NCBI GenBank assembly: GCA_963840455.1
Contig: CAWIYV010000001.1
Span: forward strand, 1 to 64,000
Reading direction: 5' to 3'
Origin: Nitrospirota bacterium
GTDB lineage: Bacteria; Nitrospirota; UBA9217
Length of the DNA stretch: 64,000 bases
The notes under the pieces were generated by a model that searched no databases, was not told the DNA's origin, and saw only the letters and a program-made list of their open reading frames with translations. Both the position numbers and the translations under genes were made by a program. Of the stretch, positions 1 through 10,069 are shown one piece after another. Position 1 is the stretch's first letter. Each line of letters begins with the position of its first letter.

Positions 1-370
1 ACACGTAGAAAGGATCTGCCTTCTGTGGATCTACAGTAAGCTTCATCTGACTCTGCGAGACAACATATCGAGGATATTTTGCATTGTACGGGATGATACC
101 AACCTGGCCGAGCGTACCACGATGCGTAATAACGATGTCGCCCGGGAAGGCGTTAGATGCACGCAATTGGCTGGCTTTTTCTTCAGTCAGATAGACAAAG
201 TTTTCATCTAAAAGCCGCTCAGCATTCAAGTTGTTTCCACGGATTACAGGGACACCAGATGGCACAAAGTTATCGGTTTTAATATTCGACCCGAACGGAC
301 CCATTGCGATAGCGTTCGGTTTAGTCGCCTTGATTTCCTCAATAGTAGAGCTTGCCCACTCAGCCGACAT
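1..370 (-). CDS. hsdS: Type I restriction-modification specificity subunit, 5' part (runs off the window)
   Basis: Manual translation from ATG at 370 gives [48 protein letters not shown]...[18 protein letters not shown], typical of an HsdS target-recognition domain. It overlaps the hsdM stop and is not in the ORF track. Confidence 0.85.
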   Translation of the reverse strand, partial: MSAEWASSTIEEIKATKPNAIAMGPFGSNIKTDNFVPSGVPVIRGNNLNAERLLDENFVYLTEEKASQLRASNAFPGDIVITHRGTLGQVGIIPYNAKYPRYVVSQSQMKLTVDPQKADPFYV

Positions 371-1921
371 ATCGCAGCCCCTTCAAGTTCGCCCGAATAG
401 CTTTTTCCAATCTCGCATTCTCCACAAACTGCGTTTCCAGTTCCCTTGTGAGCCGCTTCATTTTCTCTTCGATCGGATCACCATCATCCTCTATTTCTTC
501 AGCGCCAACATATCGACCGGGAGTGAGAACATAGCCGTGCTTCTGGATTTCTTCGAGCTTGGCAGCCATGCAAAAGCCGGCGATGTCTTCATACTTCTTT
601 TTCAGATCACCGCGCCAGGAGTGGTAGGTGTCGGCGATACGCTTGATATCGTCGTCGGTCAGCTCCCGGTGCACGCGGTCATACAGGACGCCAAGCTTTC
701 GTGCATCTATGAACAGGGTCTCACCTGAGCGGTCACGCAGAGACTTGCCATCCTGACCCTTACCGTTGCTCTTGTTTCTGCTGATGAACCAGAGACAGAC
801 GGGAATCTGCGTGGAGTAGAGAAGCTGGCCCGGCATGGCGATCATGCAGTCTACAATATCAGCTTCGATAATGTTCTTCCGGATTTCGCCTTCGCCCGGG
901 TCGTGGGGGACAGGACGTTCGGCAAAACGAAACCGTGCAATGCCGTTCGGCGCAAGATAAGATGAAGTGCTGGACCCAGGCATAGTTTGCGTTGCCTGCG
1001 GCGGGACACCGTACTTCCAGCGGCTGTCTTCGCGCAACCGCTCGCCGCCAGACATATTGAACGGCGGGTTGGCGAGGATGTAGTCGGCCTTGAGGTCTGG
1101 GTGCAGGTTGGGGTGGAAAGTGTCCGCGTGATCGCCACCGAGATTGGCCTCGATGCCGCGAATGGCGAGGTTCATCTTGGCGAGTTTCCGGTGGTCGGTT
1201 CGACTCCTGCCCGTAGACCGCTGATATCGGCGACACGCCCGCCGTGGGCCTCGAAATTTTTCGGTCTGGACAACATCCCGCCTTATCCGCACAGGGGTCG
1301 AACACTCTTCCCTTGTATGGCGCGGAGGATCTCGACGAGCAGGCCTACCACGCACCGGGGCGTGTAGACCTGGCCGCCCTTCTTGCCTTCGCGCTCGCGA
1401 ACTGGGAGAGGAAGTATCGTTACACGCGTCCGAGGATGTCCTTCGACCGGTGTTCTTTCTGCCGAAGCCGATGGTCCCGATGAGGTCGATCATCCGCCAG
1501 AAGGTGCTTGTCCAGCGCCGGACGGGTAAAATCCTTCGGCAGCACACCCTTGAGCGAGGTGTTGTCCCGCTCTATTCGACCATGGCGTCGTCGATGATCT
1601 TGCGAACCGTCGGTTGCTTTGCGTTTGCCTGGATGGTGGACCAGCGGGCTTCCTTAGGCACCCAAAAGATATTCTCGGCGAGGTACTCGTCCTTGTCCTC
1701 GGGATCAGCACCCTTTTTCTTCTCCTCCACAAGAGCCGAATGCTTTTCCTCGAAGGCATCGGAGGATGTACTTCAGGAAGATGAGTCCCAGGACAACGTG
1801 CTTGTACTCTGCCGCGTCCATGTGGCCGCGCTGCTTGTCCGCCATGGCCCAGAGCGTTGCCTCGAAGCCGAGGGCTGCGCTGCGGGATTTTCTTTATCTT
1901 CTGTCTTTTTTGGCGTGCCAT
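360..1921 (-). pseudogene. hsdM: Type I R-M methyltransferase subunit, multiply frameshifted
   Basis: HsdM motifs are spread over three frames: [87 protein letters not shown]. The C-terminal part (PVCLWFI...VLTPGRYVG) is intact. Confidence 0.9.
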
Positions 1922-1958
1922 ACTACCTTTCATGATTCGGAAGGAATGATCGTGCTAT

Positions 1959-2228
1959 TTACCAATCGCCGTTGCGAATCCGCATGTCCATCAGAATCGC
2001 ATATATATACGAGGGCCCTCTCAGATGTTGTACAGGAAGTGTATTTTGCAGCGGCAGGTAATCTAACGCTTCTTCAAAATGAGATTTTGGAATTTGCTGG
2101 TATGTTCGATCTGGAATGACATGCCCACCCGCAACAATATACGTAAATTCTCCGCCTCGAATCTGATGAAAGGTTTCCCCTGCCTTCTCTTCAATCCTAT
2201 TCCATACGGTGTTAATGTCTGGCGGCAT
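1959..2228 (-). CDS. Hypothetical protein, 89 aa
   Basis: Clean ORF with GGTG-type RBS and protein-like composition, located between the hsdR stub and hsdM. Confidence 0.6.
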   Translation of the reverse strand: MPPDINTVWNRIEEKAGETFHQIRGGEFTYIVAGGHVIPDRTYQQIPKSHFEEALDYLPLQNTLPVQHLRGPSYIYAILMDMRIRNGDW

Positions 2229-2413
2229 TTGTCACCTGCCCTAAAATAATTATATGTTGGTCAAAGGTCACTTCTCGCTCCTTGACAAACGTGTTAAACG
2301 TAAATCAGATGACCCAATTACCTTAGTCTTTCTTTCTTTCTTTCTTTCTTTGTCTCGATCACCCCGGCAGCCTAGCCGTCTACATATAGAAGATAATCAG
2401 CAGTGCCATATCC

Positions 2414-2554
2414 TTATTTCAGCTCGAACTCGCGGATTGCCACACCCTGTTTCGCGTAAATGTTGACCGCCTTCGCGTCCTGAACATTCCAGCCAACCTG
2501 TTCAAGCATCCGGTCGATCTGTTCACGGGCTATGTCTTCGGGGCCTGGAGGCAT
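2414..2554 (-). pseudogene. N-terminal stub of a type I restriction endonuclease R subunit
   Basis: MPPGPEDIAREQIDRMLEQVGWNVQDAKAVNIYAKQGVAIREFELK* resembles the HsdR N-terminus (PE..AR..ID..L...GW.VQD....N......VA.REF) and stops after 46 aa. Confidence 0.7.
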
Positions 2555-2640
2555 AGGATGAGGCGAGGAAAAGCTTATCTTGTTCGATCGGGTAATGTGA
2601 GAATAGTACACTTCCCGGGAAAAATCAATCAGGAACAATG

Positions 2641-2676
2641 AAAGAAAAAGCCCTTTACAGCAAGTGTAAAGGGCTT
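2641..2676 (-). terminator. Rho-independent terminator downstream of purC
   Basis: AAGCCCTTTACA-gcaag-TGTAAAGGGCTT forms a perfect 12-bp stem, followed by a T-tract on the minus strand. Confidence 0.8.
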
Positions 2677-2779
2677 GGCAATTACTATGGCAGTTTATAG
2701 CATATGCTCATTATGGCTTAGCTGGTTGGAGACGGAGCTTCCTCTGTTGCATAACTCTTGGTCTTCATTAAAATTACGA

Positions 2780-3664
2780 TCAACTCGTCAGCAAGGCGAG
2801 CACCTCGAGGTATTTCTTGCTCGTCCTCTGCACCACGTCATCGGGGAGCTTCGGCGCCGGCGGCCGCTGGTCCCAGTTGAGGGCAAGGAGGTAGTCCCTG
2901 ACGAACTGCTTGTCAAAGCTCTTCTGGGCGACCCCGACGGCGTACCCCTGCATCGGCCAGAACCGCGATGAATCGGGCGTCAGCACCTCGTCGATGAGCA
3001 TGACATCGCCGTCATAGATCCCGAACTCAAGCTTCGTATCGGCGATGATGATGCCCTTGGGCTCGGCGATCGCGCAGGCGCGGCGATAGATCGCAAGGGT
3101 CGTCGATCTGACCTTTTCGGCAATGTCCTTCCCCACAAGGTCCACAACGGCCTTGAAGTCGATATTGATGTCATGCTCCCCCACCTCCGCCTTGGTCGAC
3201 GGGGTGAAGATCGGCTCCGGCAGGCGCGAGGCCTCGGTGAGCCCGGACGGCAGCTTGATCCCGGACACGGACCCGGTGGCACGATACTCCTTGAGCCCTG
3301 AACCGGTAAGATAGCCCCGGACGATGCACTCGATCGGAAGCGACTGTGCCTTCCTGACGAGCATGCTCCTGCCCTCGAGAAGGTCGGCATGCTGACGGCA
3401 GACTTGGGGAAAATCCTTGATCTCTGTGGCGACCAGATGGTTCTTGACGATATCGGCGGTCTTGGAGAACCAGTATTCCGATATCCGCGTCAGGACCCGT
3501 CCTTTCTCCGGGATCGCGTTCGGCAGGACCACGTCGAACGCAGAGATCCGGTCCGTGGCAATGATCAGAAGCCTGTCCCCCAGATCGTAGATGTCCCGGA
3601 CCTTCCCGCGTTTCGGCGGCGCGAGCCCTGCGAGGTTTGTTTCAAGCACGATCGGTTTCATCAT
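2780..3664 (-). CDS. purC: Phosphoribosylaminoimidazole-succinocarboxamide (SAICAR) synthase
   Basis: Motifs [56 protein letters not shown]. Confidence 0.97.
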   Translation of the reverse strand: MMKPIVLETNLAGLAPPKRGKVRDIYDLGDRLLIIATDRISAFDVVLPNAIPEKGRVLTRISEYWFSKTADIVKNHLVATEIKDFPQVCRQHADLLEGRSMLVRKAQSLPIECIVRGYLTGSGLKEYRATGSVSGIKLPSGLTEASRLPEPIFTPSTKAEVGEHDINIDFKAVVDLVGKDIAEKVRSTTLAIYRRACAIAEPKGIIIADTKLEFGIYDGDVMLIDEVLTPDSSRFWPMQGYAVGVAQKSFDKQFVRDYLLALNWDQRPPAPKLPDDVVQRTSKKYLEVLALLTS

Positions 3665-4976
3665 GGTCCCCTTTCTCCGGCTGTTCTTCGGCATATTTAA
3701 GGATGCGAATGCGTGTGATCCGGTTCCTGCGGAGCCGGAGAACGGTGAACATCAGGTTCTCGAAGCGGACCTGGTCTCCCTCGGCCGGCAACCGTCCGAA
3801 CAGTCCGAGGACGAACCCTCCGACGGTCTCAAAGTCCTCCTCAGGCAGTTTCACGCCCAGCTTTTCGTTCAGCTTCCCTATATCGGTCTTCCCGTCGACG
3901 ATGTACCGGTTCGCGGCAACCTCATCGATCTCCCGGAGGTCCTTTTCCTGTTCATCGCGAATGTCGCCCACGATCTCCTCGATGAGATCTTCCATGGTGA
4001 CCAGACCGTCAATGCCGCCGTACTCGTCTCCGACAAGGGCGAGGTGGATCCGGCGCTCGCGCATCTCTTTCAGCAGAACGCTCACCTTCTTGTTCGGCGG
4101 CACGACATAGGGCTTTCGGAGCACCTCTTCCAGAACGAACGGTTTATTCTGCATATGGAGCGACAGGATGTCCTTCAGATTCACCACGCCAAGGACATTA
4201 TCGATGGTGCCGGAATATACTGGAAGGCGTGAATAGCCCTTTTCGTTCATGGTGCGGAGAATGGCATCGAGGCCGCTGCCGGTGCCGACGCCCACGATAT
4301 CGGTGCGGGGCACCATGACCTCGCGGACCACCGTATCGGTGAATTTGAACACGCTGTGGATCAGGTCCTCCTCGGACGGTTCAAAAACGCCTGTCTTGCG
4401 GCCTTCCCGGATCAAGTACTTGACCTCGTCCTCGGATACGAGCACGGGTTCGTGTTCGGCGGGGATTCCGAAGAACCTGAGGATCCCGTTGTTCGAAACC
4501 GTGAGCACCCGGAGAACGGGCCGGAACAGCCGGGACAGCGCATCGATCGGGACGGCCGTGAAGAAAGCGATCTGCTCTGCATAGCGGATGGCGAGTGATT
4601 TCGGAACCAGCTCGCCCGCGACCAGCGTGAAGTAGGCGATGACGCTCACCACGAGGCCAACGGCGATGGGTTCAGCCGCCCTGCTGATGAAATCGACCGG
4701 GACCGCAGCGAAGACCGGTTTGATCCGCTCGATGGCAATGACACCGCCGATCGCTGACGCCAAAGTACCAACCAGGGTCACCCCGATCTGGACGGTCGCG
4801 AGGAACCGCTCGGGCTCCTCCTGGAGGCCCTGGACGCGGCGAGCGGACCGGTCACCGGATTTCACCAGATGGCGGACCCTGCTCTTTCTCAAAGAGATGA
4901 GCGCGATCTCGGAAGCAGCAAAATAGCCGTTGATCAGGATCAGGAGGAAAATGATTGAGAGGTCGATGAATAACAT
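3642..4976 (-). CDS. Hemolysin/CorC-family protein (DUF21 + CBS pair + CorC_HlyC)
   Basis: Motifs [61 protein letters not shown]. Confidence 0.93.
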   Translation of the reverse strand: MLFIDLSIIFLLILINGYFAASEIALISLRKSRVRHLVKSGDRSARRVQGLQEEPERFLATVQIGVTLVGTLASAIGGVIAIERIKPVFAAVPVDFISRAAEPIAVGLVVSVIAYFTLVAGELVPKSLAIRYAEQIAFFTAVPIDALSRLFRPVLRVLTVSNNGILRFFGIPAEHEPVLVSEDEVKYLIREGRKTGVFEPSEEDLIHSVFKFTDTVVREVMVPRTDIVGVGTGSGLDAILRTMNEKGYSRLPVYSGTIDNVLGVVNLKDILSLHMQNKPFVLEEVLRKPYVVPPNKKVSVLLKEMRERRIHLALVGDEYGGIDGLVTMEDLIEEIVGDIRDEQEKDLREIDEVAANRYIVDGKTDIGKLNEKLGVKLPEEDFETVGGFVLGLFGRLPAEGDQVRFENLMFTVLRLRRNRITRIRILKYAEEQPEKGDHDETDRA

Positions 4977-5095
4977 AGGACATCAACGTTGCAGGTCGCA
5001 GGCCCTGGATCGCGAAGCTGTTCTTGTGCACGCTGGTGCGAAAGATGTTAGGAGGTATGGTATCCCAATCAGGATTCCACGATCGAGCGATTTCG

Positions 5096-6565
5096 CTAGA
5101 ATCCGTATTCCTTCCAGCGCTCTTCCACGCGCTTGCGCACACCAGGGTCCATCGTTATTTCGTCTGGCCACGGCCGGGCAAAACCTTCTCCCGGTCCTTT
5201 GCGTGTGGCATCAATGCCCATCTTGCCGCCGAAGCCGATCTGCGGACAGGAATGATCGAGGATGTCGAGCGGTCCGTCGGTGATGACCACGTCCCGCTGC
5301 GGATCAACGTGGTTCATGACTTTCCAGGTCACCTCGGAGTAGTCGTGGATGTTGACGTCCTCATCGCAAACAATGACGAACTTGGATAGCATCAGCATTC
5401 CGGTTCCCCAAATCGTGTGGAGCACTTTTTTCCCATGGCCGGCATACCGTTTGCGGATCTTGACGATAACATTGTTATGGAACACGCCCTCAACAGGCAT
5501 GTCCATGTCAAGGATATCAGGGGCAACCATCTGCAGCAGCGGCAGAAAGATACGCTCTGTCGCCTTGCCCAGATAGGCGTCCTCCTGGGGAGGGCGTCCC
5601 ACGAGGGTGGCCGGGTAGATGGCATCCTTCCGGTGCGTGACAGCCGTAATGTGGAATACGGGATAGTCGTCGGCCTCCGAGTAGTATCCGGTATGGTCGC
5701 CGAACGGCCCTTCCCGTCTCCGTTCTCCCGGATCGACGAATCCCTCCAGGACGAACTCGGCCTGTGCAGGCACCCGGACATCTATGGTCCTGCACTGAAC
5801 GACCTCCAGGGATTTCTGCCGGAGGAATCCTGCGAACACATATTCACCAATGGCCGGCGGCAGCGGCGCGGTTGAGGCGTAAATGATTGCAGGGTCGCCG
5901 CCGATCGCAACGGCCACCTCCATCCGCTTCCCCGCAGCTTCGTAATGCTGGTAATGGCGGGCTCCATCCTTATGCTTGTGCCAGTGCATGCCCGTGGTCT
6001 GGTGATCGAACACCTGCATACGGTACATTCCCACGTTGGTGATCTTCGTCCCCGGGTCGACCGTGCAGACCATGGGCAGCGTGATGAACCTGCCGCCGTC
6101 TCCAGGCCAGCACTGGAGCACGGGGACCTTTGCCAGGTCGACCTGATCACCGGTGAGGACGACCTCCTGGCACGGGGCCTTTTTCACGGTCTTCGGGAAG
6201 AAGTTCGAAAGCTCGGCGAGCTTCGGAAGCATCTGGAGTTTGTCCATGATGCCGGCGCCGGGCTTCGGGAAGAGGTTGGCCGGGTCTACGATCTCTCGGA
6301 TCCTCTGGCCGATGTCATCAAGGCTTTGGACCTCCAGGGCGAGGCACATGCGTTTCATGGAGCCGAAGGCGTTGGTGAGGACCGGAAATTGCGATCCCTT
6401 CACGCGCTCGAACAGCAGGGCCTTGTTCGCGGCTCCCTGCTCTTTGGAGATCCGGTCCGTTATCTCCGCGATCTCGAGCACGGCGTCAACCTCCGCCTTG
6501 ATGCGGACGAGCTCGCCCTGCTGTTCCAGGATGTCTATGAAGTCCCGTATGTTCTCGTATGCCAT
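5096..6565 (-). CDS. UbiD-family decarboxylase, probably the futalosine-pathway menaquinone biosynthesis type
   Basis: Motifs WPGDGGRFITLP, NVGMYRMQV, MHWHKHKDGA, EGPFGDHTGYYS, GKMGIDATRK. Confidence 0.92.
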   Translation of the reverse strand: MAYENIRDFIDILEQQGELVRIKAEVDAVLEIAEITDRISKEQGAANKALLFERVKGSQFPVLTNAFGSMKRMCLALEVQSLDDIGQRIREIVDPANLFPKPGAGIMDKLQMLPKLAELSNFFPKTVKKAPCQEVVLTGDQVDLAKVPVLQCWPGDGGRFITLPMVCTVDPGTKITNVGMYRMQVFDHQTTGMHWHKHKDGARHYQHYEAAGKRMEVAVAIGGDPAIIYASTAPLPPAIGEYVFAGFLRQKSLEVVQCRTIDVRVPAQAEFVLEGFVDPGERRREGPFGDHTGYYSEADDYPVFHITAVTHRKDAIYPATLVGRPPQEDAYLGKATERIFLPLLQMVAPDILDMDMPVEGVFHNNVIVKIRKRYAGHGKKVLHTIWGTGMLMLSKFVIVCDEDVNIHDYSEVTWKVMNHVDPQRDVVITDGPLDILDHSCPQIGFGGKMGIDATRKGPGEGFARPWPDEITMDPGVRKRVEERWKEYGF

Positions 6566-6573
6566 AGGAGATG

Positions 6574-6941
6574 AATCCAGGAGCGAGCGCTTAGCGAGCG
6601 ATTAGGATAAACGTTCTACCCTGAGGATCGAAGCTCCATGCAGTAATCTTCATGGAGCTTAAATCCAGGAGCGAGCGCTTAGCGAGCGATTAGGATAATC
6701 GTTCTACCCTGAGGATCGAAGCTCCATGCAGTAATCTTCAGGGAGCTTAAATCCAGGAGCGAGCGATTAGGATAATCGTTCTACCCTGAGGATCGAAGCT
6801 CCATGCAGTAATCTTCATGGAGCTTAAATCCAGGAGCGAACGCTTGCCCCGCAGCTTGCTGCGGGGTTAGCGAGCGATCAGGATAAACACGCTACGCTGA
6901 GGGTCGATGATTTCCTGCAGCTTGCTGCAGGGAGTTTCAAT
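6574..6941 (+). repeat. Tandem array of four copies of a palindromic miniature element
   Basis: Units start with AATCCAGGAGCGA at 6574, 6662, 6750 and 6827 (88, 88, 77 and ~114 bp). Units 1-3 contain the hairpin AAGCTCCATG...CATGGAGCTT (one mismatch in unit 2). Unit 4 has CCCCGCAGCTTGCTGCGGGG and CCTGCAGCTTGCTGCAGG and ends in TTCAA. Confidence 0.95.
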
Positions 6942-6968
6942 TCTATCGGAATCACACCGGATTTGCAA
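6940..6968 (-). promoter_or_regulatory. Sigma70-type promoter facing the UbiD-family gene
   Basis: Minus strand reads TTGCAA-17 nt-TAGAAT; the -10 box abuts the repeat array. Confidence 0.6.
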
Positions 6969-6993
6969 TAATAAACTCTGTAGTTAGAGGAAC

Positions 6994-8367
6994 TTAGGAA
7001 GAGTGCTCGTATTTCTGGAGGCGGTGCCGGAATGACCGGAAAGAAAGCCCCAGCAGCTTGGCCGCCTCGGTCTTAACGCCACCTGCCTTGTCCAGGGCTT
7101 TGTACAGCATTGTTCGCTCCGCGTTCTGCAGCAGGCTTTCGAGGTCGATCCCCGACTCAGGGATGTCGAGAGGAATGAGTTCTGGACAGGGAGAAATCGA
7201 TGTTATGCTATCAGGAATATGTTCAATCCTGATTGTATCACCGGAAGCCAGGATGTTCAGCCTTTCGACGGTATTCTCGAGTTCCCGGACGTTGCCGGGC
7301 CATCGATGACTCAGGAGCCGGTTCATGGCCTCGGAAGAGATCTTCTTGGGTTCGCGGCCCGAGGAGGATTTTTTAAGGAAAAAATTGATCAGGAGCGGAA
7401 TATCATCTTTCCTCTCCCGAAGAGGCGGCAAATGGATCGGCATGACGTTGAGACGGTAGAAGAGGTCCTCGCGGAAAAGGCCCTTGTTCACATCGGCGAG
7501 AAGCTCCCGGTTGGTCGCTGCAATGACGCGGACATCGACCTTGATATCTGCCGTACCTCCTACCCGCTTGAATTCCCGCTCCTGGAGGACCCTCAGCAAT
7601 TTGACCTGAAGCGCCGGCGTCATGGTGCTGATCTCGTCCAGGAAAATCGTACCGCCGTTGGCCGTTTCGAACAGGCCTTGTTTGTTCGCAACAGCTCCGG
7701 TGAACGATCCCTTCATGTAACCGAAGAGCTCGCTCTCCAACAGGGTTTCCGGCAGGGCACCGCAGTTGACCGTGACGAACGGGTGGGCATTCCGTGAGCC
7801 TTGTGCATGCAGCGCCCGGGCGACCAGCTCCTTGCCCGTGCCGCTTTCACCCGTAATGAGGACAGTGCTCTTCGTGTCGGCGACCTGGCGGATGAGCGAG
7901 AATATCCTCTGCATGGGCTCGCTTTTCCCGATGAAGTTCTCGAAACCCGTGCGCGATTCGATCTCGCGCTTGAGAAGGATGTTCTCTTTCCGCAGGTGAC
8001 CTTTTTCAAGAGCGTTCTGGATGACCAGCTTGATCTCGTCATTATTGAACGGTTTGCCGATATAATCGTAGGCCCCGAGGAGCCGCGCCTTCTCGGCCCC
8101 CTCCGTGGTCCCGAATGCCGTGATGATGATCACGATGGTGTCCGGTGATGACTCTTTGACCGCCTTGAGGAGCGTCATGCCGTCCATCTGCGGCATCTTC
8201 AGATCGGTGATAACGAGGTCGAAGATGTCGTTCTGGACGGCCTTAAGGGCCTTCTCGCCGTTATCGGCAGTGACCACCTCATAGCCTTCCTTGCGCAGCA
8301 TGATGGAGAGCAGCTCCCGCATGCTTTGCTCATCGTCAACGACGAGTATCCTGTTCAACGTGCTCAT
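6994..8367 (-). CDS. pilR: Sigma54-dependent response regulator (REC-AAA+-HTH), PilR type
   Basis: Motifs ILVVDDE, GESGTGKE, ESELFGY.KGSFTGA, FREDLFYRLNV, WPGNVRELEN; follows pilBTCS. Confidence 0.9.
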   Translation of the reverse strand: MSTLNRILVVDDEQSMRELLSIMLRKEGYEVVTADNGEKALKAVQNDIFDLVITDLKMPQMDGMTLLKAVKESSPDTIVIIITAFGTTEGAEKARLLGAYDYIGKPFNNDEIKLVIQNALEKGHLRKENILLKREIESRTGFENFIGKSEPMQRIFSLIRQVADTKSTVLITGESGTGKELVARALHAQGSRNAHPFVTVNCGALPETLLESELFGYMKGSFTGAVANKQGLFETANGGTIFLDEISTMTPALQVKLLRVLQEREFKRVGGTADIKVDVRVIAATNRELLADVNKGLFREDLFYRLNVMPIHLPPLRERKDDIPLLINFFLKKSSSGREPKKISSEAMNRLLSHRWPGNVRELENTVERLNILASGDTIRIEHIPDSITSISPCPELIPLDIPESGIDLESLLQNAERTMLYKALDKAGGVKTEAAKLLGLSFRSFRHRLQKYEHSS

Positions 8368-8377
8368 GGTCCGATCC

Positions 8378-10064
8378 TTATCTCCCCGGGAACCGCAGGT
8401 CGGCATTTGAGGCTGCCGGCGCCGGCATTTCCTCGAACGGCAGCCGGATGGTGAATATCGTCCCCTTGCCAGGCTCGCTCTTCACATCGATCGACCCACC
8501 GAGGTCCTCGATGATCCGATAGACAATGGCAAGACCGAGGCCCGTCCCATCGGTCTTGGTCGTGAAAAAAGGGTCAAAGATGTTCTCGAGATGCTCATTT
8601 GCTATCCCGGTTCCGGTGTCCGAGACACATATGATAACATCATCTGACCGATCATCGGTCCCGGGGGCAGCTGAGATGACTATGGACCCTCCGTCGTTGA
8701 TCGCCTGTGCGGCATTGATGAGGAGGTTCCAGAACACCTGGCGAAGACGCTGCGGGTTTCCGGTGACGGCCACGTTTGGTGCGACCTCGCAGCGGATCGA
8801 GATCCCGGCCCGGAAGATCCTGCTGTTCTTGAAAAGCTCGATCGTCTCATTCACGACAGCATCGAGGGCCAATCGTTCCCGCTGGTTTGATCGGGGCCGA
8901 GCGTAATCCAGGAACTCGGTGATGATCGTGTTTAACCGGTCCGTTTCCCGAAGAACGATGTCCATGAGGTGCTTTTGGTCCCCTTTCAGGTCGAGCTCGC
9001 CCTGAAGCATCTGTATCGAGCCGCTGAGGGACGCAAGCGGGTTGCGGATCTCGTGCGCGATTCCGGCTGCGAGGCTCCCTACCGTCGCAAGCCGCTCCTG
9101 CCGGCGCATCTGGTCTTCCATCTCGATCAGCCGGGTGATGTCCTGGAACGTAAGAATGATGCCTCGGACGGCATCCTGATCGTCCTTGAGGAGTGACGCG
9201 GTGAAGCCAAGGATCGCATTATCGCCGTCCCGCTTGACGATCTGCCCTTCGAACCGCACCGGACGCCCTTTCAGGTCGTCCGTGTGCCCGAAGAGCCCCT
9301 TGATGCCGTCACCGAAGATGGATTTCCAGTTGCCGCGGGCCTCCTCGAACCGGTAGCCGGTGATCATCTCGGCCGCATTGTTCCATGAGGTGATATCGCC
9401 GGTCATATTCATCGTGACGATGCCGCTGCCCACGCTTCTGAGTATATGGTCCTGGATGACCCGGAGGTCCTCGAAATCCATGCTCTTTTCCTGCAGTTCC
9501 TGTCGGGTCTTCCGGAGGCGCTCGGAAAGATAACTGCTCAGGAGCGCCACGAGATAAAAGGAGAGGATATTAACGAACAGGAGATACAGGACCTGGAAGG
9601 GGGTGAAGTTCTGGCTCCGCGTGAAGCCCAGGACGTTGTAATACTGCATGTCCAGCATGCTGCCATACAGGATGCTGGCAAGCGATGCAGAGAGATAGCC
9701 GCCCCGCCGATACAGGATGATGCTAGCGGCTATGATGGTGACGTGGTAGAGGAGCGAGAAACCGCTGTCGATGCCTCCGGTCAACGAAACGAGCCACGTG
9801 ATCAGAGCAATATCACCGCTGACCTGGATGTACGCGAGGACCGGCAGGTTGGTGAAATGCTTGATGAGATACCAATGGATGCACGTGATCGTATAGACGG
9901 CGAAAGGAGAAATAAACGAGATAGACGGCCGGGAAGGGATAGATGTGGTAGCGATACTGAAAGAAGACAAGGCTGCCGAGCAGGAAAGTCGCAAGCACCA
10001 GCCTGCCCAGCATCAACCATTTTAATCTGGCAAGATATTCTTCTTTCGAAAATTCCTGTTTCAC
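8378..10064 (-). CDS. pilS: Sensor histidine kinase PilS, with an apparent +1 frameshift near 9903-9905
   Basis: The N-terminus ([21 protein letters not shown] 9813..10064) and the remainder (TM helices, [13 protein letters not shown] boxes, ORF 8378..9994) join if one base is removed at TTCTCCTTTCGCC. Confidence 0.88.
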
Positions 10065-10069
10065 CAGCG

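Noticed and set aside
2229-2270. Integron attC site flanking the 89-aa ORF
   Set aside because: Only a partial TTAGGGC core is present, with no paired inverse core or hairpin and no integron integrase.
6574-6941. CRISPR array
   Set aside because: Units are 77-114 bp and nearly identical throughout, with no unique spacers, and there are no cas genes in the window.
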